The translations under genes and the position numbers were made by a program. A DNA stretch of 64,000 nt, taken from positions 59,396,001 through 59,460,000 of the forward strand of contig OX597819.1 of assembly GCA_951406725.2 (NCBI GenBank), in the 5' to 3' direction. The DNA comes from Octopus vulgaris (lineage: Eukaryota). Numbering within the stretch: position 1 is the first letter of the stretch; the number at the start of each line of letters is the position of its first letter. Below are positions 1-13,129 of the stretch, piece after piece. Under the pieces are notes generated by a model. That model was not told where the DNA came from, did not search any database, and saw only the letters and a list, made by a program, of their open reading frames with translations.

Positions 1-226
1 ATTCATTTCCAATATTCTGTGAAAACATCTTTGGTCAAGGAGAAATTTTTCTTCGCTTGGAAAGAGGTGAGGGCTGCCAACAGGAAGAGCCACTGGCCAT
101 AGAAAATCTGCTTCATTAAACTCTAACTGACTGATACAAACATGGAAAAAGTTGGCATGAAAACAATGATGATGATGATCATCATCATCATGAAATATAC
201 ACATATAGTTTCAGTTCAGTATTATA

Positions 227-560
227 TCTCTTATTATAAAAGGCAGATTTTATCTGCCTCCCTTTGGGAGTTATACAAATCTACAATATAGGATTTCTTC
301 AATTACAATTTACCTTGCATTTTTGAGAGTACAATGCATCGCGTCATGCCAGGTCCAGTTTTTAAAATTTAAACTCCAGTTAAGCAAAATTTACAGAAAA
401 CTCACATTCTGGTGTGTGTGTCAAATGCTTTTCTTTCACAGTGGGCAACGAATAAAATGAAAGTAATTGACTTACTGTAGTGAGTGATTCTTTCACTCTG
501 CCTCCCACTTCCTCTTTCCACACAGACACGCAAATATATAAATAAAATTGTAAGCTAACG
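227..560 (+). mobile_element. Possible non-autonomous Helitron 5' portion
   Basis: a|TCtcttattataaaag start resembles the 1870 element; 3' end not identified. Confidence 0.3.
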
Positions 561-710
561 TGCGTGTGTGTGAGTGGGTGTGTGTGGGTGAGCGCGTGTG
601 TGTGTGTGTGTGAGGGTGCGTGTGTGTGTGTGTGTGTGCGTGTGCGTGAGTGTGTGACAGGAAAGTTTTTTTACGACGAATATAACACCTATATCCAAGT
701 AGCAGAAAGA

Positions 711-1081
711 TAAGACAGTAAGGTGTGATTTGAGGGAGATTTGGCTGCTATTTCTACCATGTCTAGCTGCCATGTAGGGGTCTCCCTCATAGGCTCATAC
801 ATACATATATACATAGATAAGACAGTAAGGTGTGATTTGGGGGAAATTTGGCTGCTATTTCTACCAGGTCTAGCTGCCATGTAGGGGTCTCCCTCATAGG
901 CTCATACATACATATATACATAGATAAGACAGTAAGGTGTGATTTGGGGAAAATTTGGCTGCTATTTCTACCAGGTCTAGCTACCATGTAGAGGTCCCCC
1001 TCATTGGCTCATATATATATACATACATAAGACAGTAAGGTGTGATTTGAGGGAGATTTGGCTGCTGTTTCTACCAGGTCT
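711..1081 (+). repeat. Tandem repeat, ~107-bp unit x ~3.5
   Basis: Units start taagacagtaagg at 711, 818, 925, 1028. Confidence 0.95.
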
Positions 1082-1446
1082 GTTAGGCCTTCTCATGTAA
1101 ACTCAAGCTTTCTCATGCCTTCAACATATGACCAAAGCAGAGAATGTATTCTTTTATTCTTCTGCTTTTTCCAGCCATTGGTCTGTGGCCATGCTGGGGC
1201 AATGCCTTGAAGAATTGTAGTTTAATGAATCAACTCCAGTTTTATTTTTGTAAGCATTGTACTTATTCTATCTGTTTCCTTTGTCAAACCACTAGGTGAC
1301 AGGGATGTAAACAAACCAACATTCGTTGTCAAGCAGTGGTGGAGGACAATCACAAGCACAGACACGCACACACACACACATACATGCATACACATATACA
1401 CACATACATACATACATACATATATATATATGTGTGTATATATATA

Positions 1447-1770
1447 TTGCAGCGTGGAAGGTGTTTGTAAGCCATTTAAGAAACACACAAAAACCGTTAC
1501 ATTCACTTCAACATTTAAATTTAATTTGCCAAAATATTTTCGTCGCTTTCAGACCGCGACCTGTTCACTGACAAAAATATCGTGCTAACAGGTCGCGGTC
1601 TCAAAGCGACGAAAATATTTTCACAAATTAAATTTAAATGTTGAAGTGAATCTAACGGTTTTTGTGTGTTTCTTAAATGGCTTATAAACACCTTCAACGC
1701 TGCAACTGTTTTCGTTCCAGCACACGATCTCAGATCAAGTCACTTGCTATGCAAGTACATCTCTGTAACT
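1447..1770. mobile_element. Fold-back element family H1 (PLE pLTR-like), copy 1
   Basis: ~119-bp inverted arms (1447-1565/1587-1705) plus unique tail; flanked by (TA)n; homologous to 32392 and 58650. Confidence 0.65.
1525..1575 (-). ncRNA. Variant minimal hammerhead motif (G3:C8 core), second copy
   Basis: uuuguca-GUGAACA-g gucgc(ggucugaaa)gcgac-GAAA(auau)UU-uggcaaa; one G.U wobble in stem I. Confidence 0.5.
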
Positions 1771-1869
1771 ATATATATATTTATATATATATATATATAT
1801 GTATATTGGTAAAAACAGTAAGATAACAAAAGAAAGAAAGAGACCTCAATATTATGTAAATAGAGGAAA

Positions 1870-2264
1870 TCTTTATATATAAAAGTGAGGTTGTGTGTCT
1901 GTCTCCTACGATTTAGATTCCTAACTACTCCCACATTTTGCGGTGCAGTTTAACCAAAACCGGGTATCTTATAGTCGTGATTCATATCGAGACCATCTGG
2001 GTATTAGCGTGCGTCTACGATGAGTCTACGGTTTTAAAAAAAAATTACCATCAATTTTTCCCATTTTTAATCCATTTTTGACATATATAAGGGAAGTAAC
2101 TCTCTAAAATTTATTATTAAATCTCAGAACGTAAAAAGCTACAGTAACACCCCTCCCCCTTTGTGGTTAGCCATATTGAGATGGCTATTATACTTTACAT
2201 CTCTAAAAATGCTTATATAATTATTTCCCTTACAAACCCGAGCAACGCCGGGCGATACTGCTAG
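1870..2264 (+). mobile_element. Non-autonomous Helitron
   Basis: 5' TC (tctttatatataaaag), subterminal hairpin cccgagcaacgccggg, 3' CTAG, inserted between A and T. Confidence 0.8.
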
Positions 2265-2384
2265 TACTCATTAAAATTAACTTGAAGTTAATAATATAAG
2301 GAGTATTTTAAAAATAATATTATTATCCCCACTGATATTTGAATTGGATTGTCATTTATTGGTTAAATTTATACATATACTCTC

Positions 2385-2785
2385 TCTTTTTACTTGTTTC
2401 AGCCATGACTGTGGCCATGCTGGAGCACCGCTTTTAGTCGAGCAAATCGACTCCAGGACTTATTCTTTGTAAGCCTAGTACTTATTCTATCGGTCTCTTT
2501 TGCCGAACCGCAAAGTTACGGGGATGTAAACACATCAGCATCGGTTGTCAAGTGATGTTGAGGGGACAAACACAGACACACAAACATATACACACACATA
2601 CATATATATATATACACCTGAAGGGCTTCTTTCAGTTTCCGTCTACTAAATCCACTCACAAGGCTTTGGTCGGCCCAAGGCTATAGTAGAAGACACTTGC
2701 CCAAGGTGCCACACAGTGGGACTGAACCCGGAACCATGTGGTTCATAAGTAAGCTACTTACCACACAGATGCTCCTCCTATGCCT
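2385..2785 (-). mobile_element. tRNA-derived SINE family A, full length
   Basis: A/B-box-like head (tggctgtgtggtaag...ggttcagtccc type), internal (TA/TG)n, conserved tail; many copies in window. Confidence 0.85.
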
Positions 2786-3073
2786 AAATATGTATAAATA
2801 TATAGATATATGTATAAATATATAAAGAGTAACTCCACTAAGAGGAAAGAAAGTTACTTACCTTAGATAATTATATCTTTAATCAATTTTGTACAATGCG
2901 GGTACAAAAAATGCTCTCATTTTTAAAGCATAATTAGAATTTTGCAGGTCTCTTATTATTGTTAACAATTAAAAGTTAGAGATAAATTTAAATACTATTT
3001 AATGTTAAAGACTGGATTTTAAAACGATTCAAAATTCGTTAGGTCTTACTATATTTGAACCCATGTTTTTTAA

Positions 3074-3292
3074 CCCTTTAGTATTTAAACCGGCCATATC
3101 CGGCCAAAATAGTTAATCTGTTTTATGTTCAAACTGACCAGATCCAGGCTCTCACACCTACCTTACAATGTTATTCTACATCAAGTAATTACACCATCAA
3201 GATCTTGAAGATATGAGATAATGCATGATTAATTCAAATCAATGGGAATCAATAGGCATTATGTTTGATGGAATAATCTGAACACTAAAGGG
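3074..3292. mobile_element. piggyBac-type MITE
   Basis: TTAA on both sides; TIR ccctttagt / actaaaggg. Confidence 0.75.
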
Positions 3293-3319
3293 TTAAACAA
3301 CAGTATTTTAGCTCATGAA

Positions 3320-3680
3320 AAGGTGGTGAGCTGGTAGAATTGTTAGCATGCCAGGCAAAATGCTTAGCAACATTTCATCCGTCTTTATGTTCAGAGTTCA
3401 AATGCCACTGAGGTGACTTATCCTTTCAGGGGTCACTAAAATAAGTACCAGTTGAGCACAGAAGTTGCTGTGATTGACTTACTCCCTCCCCAAAACTTGC
3501 TGGTCTTGTGCCAAAATTTCTCTTTACATTCTGAGTTCAAATTCTGAGCTTGGCTTTGCCTGTCATCTGAGAGAGGTGGGGGTGTCAATAAACTAAGTAC
3601 CAATCAAGTACTGGGGTCAATGTAATTGACTTTCTCTCTTCCCTCAAAATTGCTGGCCTTGTGCCTGAATTAGGGAGAAA
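3320..3680 (+). mobile_element. Degenerate SINE family B copies
   Basis: gagctggtagaattgttagc head and aagtaccagttg...core, repeated. Confidence 0.65.
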
Positions 3681-3714
3681 AAAATGTAACTACAACAATA
3701 TTTTAACTCATCAT

Positions 3715-3960
3715 TATCATCATCATTTAACAATGATGGCATGGGTTGGACAGTTTGACTGAGGATTGGCAAGCCAGCAGGCTGCACCATGCTCCAATCT
3801 GATCTGGCAAGGTTTCTACAGCTGGTTGCCCTTCCTAACGCCAACCACTCCTAGAGTATAGTGGGTGCCTTTTACATGCCACCGGCACGCAGGCCAGTCA
3901 GGCAGCACTGGCATCGACCATGCTCGAATGGTGCTTTTTATGTGCCACCAGCACAGGAGT
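3715..3960 (-). mobile_element. RTE 3'-UTR fragment
   Basis: Homologous to the 3' end of the RTE copy at 21610-22575; (GAT)n-type tail. Confidence 0.75.
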
Positions 3961-3999
3961 CAAAGGTACTCAACTTAAGACCCCACTCAATGTTCCCCA

Positions 4000-5800
4000 A
4001 CCATTTGGAATCTTCATTTCTCACATTTTCCACAACATTCAAACAGTATTTCTATACTGTTTTAGCACTACATTTTTAATGGCCTCTTTTCATGAACTGT
4101 ACAAGAACAGTTTAAAAATGATTCATTTTTCAAGCAGCTTTGATATATAACTATTTAGCAATTGTAGAATTCCTGAAAATAGTTTTCAGGAATTCTACAA
4201 TTCCATCCTTTGGCAGATGGCTATCAGTGCCTTGAATTGTTCTAGTCCCTCATGTCAAAGCAGTTCTGCTGGATTTTCCCTTCTTTGAGCATTCACATCA
4301 TTTCTTCAATTCTTCCTTGGAATACTCAAGCATCTCCAAGTTCTCTGTTGTTACTAGGGACACTGTTCAGAATCTTGGTATCATAACTGAATTTACAAAG
4401 TTCTTTGAAATACTCAGACCATCTGATAATAACTTCCATTTACAAGGAGTATGTCGTTTTTGTCCACACTAACCGTAAACTATGGGCAACTTTATTTTTT
4501 GTATAATTTTGATCTCAAAAGCTGCCTTTCTTTTGCTTATCTCAGATTCAACTTTATCTCCCTTGGCTTCCATCATTTACTTTTTTTATCTTATTCACAG
4601 TACTTTACTGTGGAATTGCATCAGGATTTACTACTTTGATCTTCTTTAGGTCCTGTCTAGTATTACATATGTCCAAGATGTCATCAGTAACTTATATTTT
4701 TTTCCCTTCTTTTCCCAAATACTTCTGAAGCTGATTCATGAAATATTTCCTTTATCTTGTCAGTCAGAAAGATGATATTTTCTGTAAGTTGAAGACTACA
4801 AACCTGTCATCCTATTTGGCCTCAAAAACTGGATCTTTCAGTTTGTCTATACCATATTTTATACACAGGGTTCTTTGCTTATAAATCTTTATTAGCTTGA
4901 ACTTGATTGTCATCAATACTATGAAGTTAGTCAGGTTATGAGTTTCACTGTTCTCCAGGAGGCCTTGTGTGGGAACAGTGTGTTGGTTAGCATAATGGTT
5001 GCTGATAAATTCTACAAGATGTTGTCAACAATCCTGAAATGCCCCATAGTCCACACCCATTGGTAATGTGCATCTGAGCCTATTTTGGTAATTCAGATGC
5101 CCAAGCCAATAAGGACACCTTTCTTTGGAACAGTCTTGTTAACTTTCTCTAGGCCCTTATAAAACTCCTCAATTGCATCACCATCATATTCAAGTATCAC
5201 AGCACAGACTTGAGTAATGTTCTGCAGTCTTGCAGCAATATATTTGGCGAAGAGCCTACCAAATATTGATGACTGAATTCACTCTGTTTGTGTTGATGAT
5301 GTCCACTCCATGTTGCTGTTTGGTATCATCTCCACTATACCACAATTGTCTTCAACAGTAATCATTTCTTCAAATTCAGTCCATCTGACTTCAGTCAACC
5401 CTATTTCCCTAAGATTCACATGTGTATATTACACCAGTTTATGAATAAGTCCTTCTCTACACATATATGGGGTGCAGAGGTGTCTTATGGTCCAAAATCA
5501 GTATCTTGTAACTGTCCATCCAGAAGTAGAATTGTCACCTCCACCCTGGAGACTAACAGAAGAGAGCACAATCGTTGGTTTTCCTGTCCTTAACCAATGC
5601 AGCATATTATTTCTTGACTTTTTGTCCATCATGGCATTTCAGAAGGCTAGAGAAATGCTAGATGATCCGAGTCCCTCACTAAGCTTGGCCTGCCAAGTAG
5701 AAGCAGTTATCAGGACAAGACTAAGAAAATCTCTTAAAGCCAGAAATGAAAGTTAGGCAAGAGCTAGTGTACCTCTGCATTGGAAAAATATTGTTGCCAG
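4000..5800 (-). mobile_element. Decayed RTE-like LINE, APE endonuclease region
   Basis: Minus-strand IGLTEVRWT motif near 5400 and other broken APE-like segments; many stops and frameshifts. Confidence 0.6.
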
Positions 5801-6100
5801 TCAGCAGTATTTTTACAAAATATATATATGTGTATGTGTGTGTGTACACATATGCACATATATACATGTATATATGTGTATATATGTATATACATAATAT
5901 GTGTATATATGTATATACATAAATATATATGTATATATATAATTTTCAGTATGTGGTTAAGCAACTTGTTGCAAAAAACCCTTATTGTTATAATTATATA
6001 AGTTTTTACCAAATATGGTCCTTTTCCGTTCCAAAATACTACTAGGTGAAATTTGTTGATGTTATTAAATTAATTATATTTCACCCTATATCTATAATGA

Positions 6101-6138
<38 letters not shown>

Positions 6139-6838
6139 ATGGTTGGCCAGTCATGACCAAGGAAGACTATCACTGACCATTGCTCATGCAATATGGCCAG
6201 CAATTTCCATGCATGAGGTTATCACATCGATAGTCAGTTTCACCCAGGTTTGTGTTCACAGCTTCCAAGTTGTGGTACCACCCCACTCAACAGGGAAGCA
6301 GAGTACCACCCCACTCAACAATTGCACAACCTAAGATTTTAGATCCAATAAAGCTTGCACAGCACTTTACAGACCCTCTCCACCCTATTGATATGATACA
6401 AAGATAAAACAGGGCAAGATATCCAGTGCCAATATGGGTTACAGAATGTGGGAGCACCATGATCTTAAGCATAAGCAAAATAATCCAAAAAATGTTCAAT
6501 GCCAATCCCTGCAAATCAGATTTTTATGTCAGATAGCTTGTGAAGTTTTTCATGTGTGCTACTGGTAATTTGGCACCCAGTACAACTTGTTTCATGGTCA
6601 GGTTGTGTCTGACTAAACTAGCACCCTCACCAGGCTTGCTTGGTGAGGAGAGTTGCTAGAAACCCAGTGGGACAAAAAAATAAGACCTGTCAAAAGGATG
6701 GATGAACTTAGTGTAAATTCAGTAACTATCTAGCAATAGGATGGGCCCTCAGAAATTCTGGGCTGGTATCCAGCATGCTGGAAGACCACTAGGAGCGAGG
6801 GTTTTTGTTAAAGGATGCCTCTAGGTGAAGGTTACATA

Positions 6839-7059
6839 TACAAGGGGGTGCTGAAAAGTTCCTGGCTTTGAGTAAAAGAAAATACAGGAGGATCAATTAA
6901 TTATGATCATATGAATTATAATTCAGTATATTTTCCTCTCACATTCATAGCTATTGCAGTGGTCCTTCTAAGCCCTGTAAAGAACTCGGAAGGTTGGGCC
7001 TGCAATCAAACCTTTCACAATAGCCTTAAAGCCAGGAACTTTCCAGCCATTCTCTTGTA
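6839..7059. mobile_element. Mariner-derived MITE
   Basis: TA-flanked imperfect TIR caagggggtgctgaaaagttcctggcttt / aaagccaggaactttccagcc..cttg; homologous to 7719. Confidence 0.75.
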
Positions 7060-7718
7060 TATATATAGATTATACATATGTATACATACATCAGTGGCAA
7101 AGAATTCATGCCATCCAATTCCTTTCTGTTCTTGATGATTGCTAGGGTTATTTCAACATTTCTATGAAACTTATTGGTAAAGTAGCTGATATGAGAATAT
7201 AATATTGTATTTTATTATTATTAATAATAATAATATTAATATCTTTTCTACTATAGGCACAAGGCCTGAAGTTTGGCAGGATGTACTAGTTGATTACATC
7301 AACCCTCAATTTTCAGCTGGTATTTATTTATTTTATCAACTCCGAAAGGATAAAGTCAATCTCAGTAGAATTTGAACTTAGAACGTAAGGACAGACAAAC
7401 TACTACTAAGCATTTAACCCAACAAGCTGACGATTCTACCAGTTCAAAGATATTCTTACGTATTCTATTTCTCTTTTTTGTTCCTCCAAAATTATTGCGC
7501 ATTCTTTAATTGATGAGTTATATCTACACAAACTCAAGTTCTGCTAGGAACAATATACAATATATACATACATACGTAATTACACACTCACATACACACA
7601 TAGAAATATCCATAATTAAACATGTACATAAAATATATACATTTACTTTTACTTAAAAATAACGACTACATACAAATATGTATATATGATTACACACGCC
7701 CACATGCATATACATATA

Positions 7719-7928
7719 TACGAGGGGATGCTGATAGTTCCTGGCTTTGGGTAAAAGAAAATACAGGTGGATCAGTTAAATTATGATTTTATTCAACGTA
7801 TTCCCCTCTCAGATTCATACACTTATTGCAGTTTTTCTAAACTCTGTAAAAGAACTCAGAAGGCTGGACCTCCAACCAGGCCTTTCGCTACACCCTTAAA
7901 ACCAGGAACTTTTCAATACCCACTCGTA
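7719..7928. mobile_element. Mariner-derived MITE, second copy
   Basis: ta-cgaggggatgctgatagttcctgg ... ccaggaacttttcaatacccactcg-ta. Confidence 0.75.
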
Positions 7929-10139
7929 TATACATACAAGTATATATAGACTATATGAGCAAAATAAGAGAAGTTCACCCATACACATATATACATGCGT
8001 GTGCATGTGTGATTGAGTTATTATTTTAAAGCACGCTTAATTGTAACAACGGAACGTTTACTAATAGGGAGATTGAATACTGAGGGTAAAGACAAACTGT
8101 AAGATTTGTGTTGACTGGGACTCGAGGTGTCACTTGACGGTTTATTCACCCAGTGTGATTGTTTTAGCCGTCGGGTGAAACTTAGTCACAATCACACACA
8201 CATAAACTTATCTTTTATGTTTCGAGTTAAATTATTTACATGGATGCTTTTCTTAGAAATTAAGAAGCAGAAGGACGTAGGACACAACCTCCAACTCCAT
8301 AACTTTGTGTTGTTTATTCGTAAATAATCATTGATTCAATCTGTTTCATTAAACATTTAGGTATATTTCTAATTCGATCTTTAGCAAAATTTATTTTTAA
8401 TACTAACTTTTAATGATTATTAAATTAAAACCAAGCAAAAAGTTTGCTTATATTTCAAAAACGGACGTTATTCAATAATGAAAGTAAAATCAACAGAGGG
8501 ACCGACATTGCACTGCTCTCATAAATATTGAAATCGAAAGAATCGAGCTGAAAACCTTATTTGATAACACATTTTTACAATTTCATCATTGGCCTTGTGC
8601 CAAAATTTAGACAGAATTATTATACCAAACAGATTTATCAAAAGACGAGGAAGAGACAAATATTGTTTTCATATCGACATTACACCTTGAAATATGGAAT
8701 AGGTGAAATCGTGACTGTCACGTTTATAGCTTCGAGAGTAAACAGTAATCCTAGGGATCAATCATCTCTCTCTCTTCTCTACGCCCAACTCGTTGCTTTT
8801 AAACATAGCAACCTCTTTAAGACATCGATGACATAACCCTCTCTTATTTTCTGAACAGACATCAACAGCTCACACTAAACCTGTAAGTCAACTCTCAGTA
8901 GAATCCTCAAACGTATCATGCACGTGAGGATTTAACAGAACGTGTTTTTTTTTTTTTATTGTTTATATATATATATTGTAATCGACTCTAAAAGAAGACA
9001 ATAATCATCTCAAAGAAATAAATCAACCAACACGTTCATCCATCCCTTCAACTCATGGACTAAATACTCAATTTAATTCATGACATTTCTTAGAAATGTT
9101 AGTCCTAACCAGTTGAGAACCTCTCATATATTTCATATGACTAACATCGCGTTGCAAAATCTGGGTTTTCTCTTTGGAACCTGAGAAGAATTTCTTCAGA
9201 GCTGACAATCCTTTACAAAGCCTGAATATGCACAGCATGAAAGTACAGCTCACTCATACGGGACAGTCCCTACCACACACACATTCTCAGATACACCACA
9301 TATAAGAGCCGGATAAGAAAGAGTTTGTGGTTTTGAATAAAATTCCCATTATCCATTTCATATATTTAAATTTACAGAGAAGAAAAGGCAATGTCACATT
9401 TATAATTTCTTTGACAAATTGTGACTGTTTATTTTTAGATTAGCATGGTTCTCGGGATTTAGATAGAAGCGTGGAAAATATGTGATTTTATGCATTTACT
9501 CACATAAATAGAATCAAGTCTGAATTATATGGGATATATATAAATAAAAAAAGAGTTATGAAGAAATAAATTGGATACAGTTGCAAGATATGCTTAAGCA
9601 AAATGATAACTGAAACCATGATTTTTAACTCCTCAAAACAAAACTAAATTGAATATCCGGAATTCATTTGCAAATGCATGTTCAATGGTATAGATGTCAT
9701 TGCATGTAGATGTGTTCTTTAAACACCTGCACCATTTAAAAATAGCAACAACCAACATTTACGCAACTAGCTTGTAAGTGTTTTAAGCAGCTAGGAGAAA
9801 ATATCTATACACACGTTGACGGTACGGCTGACACACGAATTCTCTCACCCACACAGACATTCTTCTAATGTTCTCTCACACGCACTCTTCTTCACAATAC
9901 ACATTTTTCTCATTCACACACACACACCTCGCTTTTCACATTTTCTCTATCACTTTATCTCACCAACTCACACACGCAGGCACAGATGGCAATTTTACGT
10001 CTTTAGTGTGAGCTAAGCTGCATCGGAATCCTCACAAGTGTTTCACCAATAATCACTTAAAGCAAGCAATCAATCAGTTTAACTTTAAAAAAGATTTTGA
10101 TTTGTTACAATAATATAATTAATATAATAAGTTAATTAC

Positions 10140-10161
10140 CATGGGTAGTTCTGTCATCCAT
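10140..10161 (-). CDS. Candidate first coding exon (MDDRTTH) of a divergently transcribed gene
   Basis: Minus strand reads aaaATGGATGACAGAACTACCCATG|GTAATT: good start context and donor, within a TE-poor unique region; no downstream exon identified. Confidence 0.35.
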
Positions 10162-10671
10162 TTTATGTCTTCTTCGTTCTGTTAGCTGTTAAATCCGAAA
10201 ATAAAGACAGAGGAGAGGAAGAAGAGAGAAAAAAAGGTTACGATGTTTCGTTAATAAGATGTCATAGCAGACATCGTATCTGTAAATCTCTTGACTTCTA
10301 AAGAAGTCAGGTTTTTGTATAGGAAAATTAGAGAAAGACACAGAGATAAATGGATGAATATAAATAAATAGAGAGGGAGAGAGCGAGAAAGTGATAGTAA
10401 AAGATTCTGTTGAATAATTTCCAGCAGGGAGCAAAGGACATTCAAAAGCACCTGTCTACAGGAAGACGGCTGGATCCATATGTTACTGTTTACTACGTAG
10501 ACAACAGCTGAGATCGGAACTCTCACTCTTCCTTTTCCCCCTCCGTCTCTACATTACATCCTCTCTTTCGTTTTCCTCCACCCTTTTCCCTATTCACATA
10601 TATCTATAGGCGCGTGTTTAATTATTTGAGTTATAATAAAAAACACCTAATACAGTTTTAGTAAAAAATAA

Positions 10672-10716
<45 letters not shown>

Positions 10717-11004
10717 AAGTTTAAAGCTGTTAGTTTAATTATACATTAATTCTTTGACGTTTCGAAATTAGTAAGCCGCTATCTTATTCATGAACTATGG
10801 ATAGTCTTTAAATTAAGATGTCACTAAGAAATGAAACTACCGAAAATGGTATAGTTTATTTAATTTAACCACACTACTTATCTATCTTAACGCTGCTAAA
10901 TATGTTCAAGGGGAAATCTTTTTCTAGGAATACATAAATAAATCTTTCACCGGTAATATTACTCTTTGAGTCGACGTGTGCGTTTCGAACTTCAGTTTAA
11001 GACC
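10162..11004. promoter_or_regulatory. KLHDC4 promoter/5'UTR region, possibly bidirectional
   Basis: Immediately upstream of the KLHDC4 ATG; TE-free; CpGs retained; contains a (TA)n tract at ~10676-10713. Confidence 0.45.
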
Positions 11005-11118
11005 ATGGGTAAGAAAAACAAGAAAGATTCGAAAGGGAAAGGAAAGGAAAAAACAACTATGAAGACAGAGAAAAAAGCTGAAAAGCGTTTGAAAAAAGAA
11101 TTAGCTGCCAAAGGAGAA
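11005..11118 (+). CDS. KLHDC4: KLHDC4 coding exon 1 (MGKKNKKDSK...ELAAKGE), basic N-terminus
   Basis: ACCATGG start context; 38 codons; donor GAA|GTGAGT, phase 0; lysine-rich N-terminus typical of KLHDC4/Kel3. Confidence 0.93.
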
Positions 11119-12164
11119 GTGAGTGTCTGTTTTGTTGTTACTAAATCACGTGTAAAGAGAAATGCCTGTTTCATATAGGGAAAAATATACGGGAAGCTGT
11201 GTTGTTAATTGGCTTACTCAGATAACGAAAATATATGGGAATCTGCGATGTTAATTGCCGGTTTCAAAAGGAAAAATATATGGGGAGTTGTGACATTAAT
11301 GCCAATTTATTTAATAAACGTCATCAACCTCACAGCGGCATGGCTTCTTTATACTGTAACCGTAGACTTTATGCCAATATTGGCCTAAGAAGCCACCTCG
11401 GGTCCTACAAAGACTAAAGCTGTTCAAGAATGATAAAGTTTCGTGATTTCCACTTGGAATCAAATCTTCCAATCATTATATATCTAAGTGTGTAAAGTAC
11501 TTGATATGAGGTACTAAAAATTGTCTTCTCAACAAATGTTTAAATTTAACTTCTAATGCTACATCAATCTACTTTAGCTTGCTTATTTGGTCGATCCTGC
11601 CAACACTGATCATCACTAGTCTTCTCCAATTATTTAAGTATTTGTTCAAATATGAATACTTAAATTACTCTCAATGTGACGTTGATATAAAATCACGATC
11701 TTTACTGCTGTTAACGCTTATGATCAACAAAATAAGTACCTGTAATATTCTGTGTCAAATCAGTCGATTATATTATCTGTTCTTTCCATAACAGATATCA
11801 ACCTAATTTCGGAACTGTAGGGGCGAGAACAAATTGTCATTTATCTTTATTCATATTTTTGTTTTTACATTTTTAAGAATGGGGTTAGACTTTTTTATTC
11901 CAAGATTGAGAGATAGTCTGATATTTGTTTTATATTTTACTTTTTTTGTAAATATTGATTTAATAGGTAGCCATGAATTTGATTGGGATTTAAACAAAAA
12001 CTATGTTCCACCAGATACAAGGCTTTTATATATATATATATATATATATATAGGTAGACTATAATCTGCTGACTCAACAACAGCACGTTACTAGTACCTA
12101 TTTCATTTATCCCTGGAGTTGAAAAAATATAAGCTTGAGTTCAATGCTTCAAACTGTGTGTCCT

Positions 12165-12392
12165 TGTCTTAACATTGTGCAATAGTTGTAAAGTGAATGA
12201 CACCATCATACAAGCAGTGTCATTTGTTTCCAATCTACAATGAAAATGCGTCCAACTGTGGGGAAAAATTACCTTACTTGGAAACTGAAGATTGGTAACA
12301 GGAAGGGCATCCAGCCATAGAAAACGTTCCTCCATAAATTCCGTATAACCCATGCAAGCATGGAAAATTAGAAGTTAAGATGATGATGATGA
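12165..12392 (+). mobile_element. Dispersed repeat ending in an RTE-like (GAT)n tail
   Basis: caggaagggcatccagccatagaaa...catgcaagcatggaaa..gatgatgat; related copies at 1-190, 12765-12990(-), 15990-16160(-), 43230-43445. Confidence 0.65.
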
Positions 12393-13129
12393 CTTAATTT
12401 CAGCTTAAATCAATATGTCTGATTATCATGAAATCCATTTTGTTTTATTAGATTTATATTGAATTTGGTTGTTTTGGAAAAAAAACATGGCTTATAATGA
12501 ATGAATGTGTATGCTTTGTTATACCCTAGTTGCATTTATAAAATTATTTCCAAGAAAAATCAGTGATGATTGATACTTCATACGGATAAGTTACCTCCTA
12601 ATCAACAATGCATCAAATAGGTTCTGCAGGGCTCTTTTGCATGTAACCTCACCATCTTAGGTTCACAGTTCAGCTTCATTTGTCACAAACCAATGAGGAA
12701 ACTTGTATATGGTTAGAAATAGCAGTCAACAAAATCCCTTCAAACAATGCTCTATCATATCGCCATCATTTTAACTTCCACCTTTCCATATTTGTATGGG
12801 TCAGATGGAATTTGTTGAGGCAGATTTACTATGGTCAAATGCTCTTCCTGTCGCCAACCTTCTCCTGCTTCCAAACAAGATAATATTTTCCCACAAGATT
12901 GGAAGCATGACACCATTTGTACGATAGTGACACTCATTCACAACTATCATGTGATGTCAAAACAAGGAGACACCAACATGCACATGACCACATACATACA
13001 CAAATGCATACATATATGCATCTTAATGAAGGCTGTAACCTTGATATATTTGTATGTATGTGACTATCTAACGTGCCCATCCATTTTAAAAGTAAAAACA
13101 CATTGAATAATGTAAATTTAGAGACACTA

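Noticed and set aside
711-1081. CRISPR-like array
   Set aside because: Whole units are repeated with no unique spacers, no cas genes, eukaryotic context
2855-2950. Strong minus-strand donor AAG|GTAAGT near 2861
   Set aside because: All upstream frames contain stops and no clear acceptor is visible
9068-9253. 61-aa minus-strand ORF as an exon of the divergent gene
   Set aside because: No recognisable homology or clear donor; cannot be supported from sequence alone
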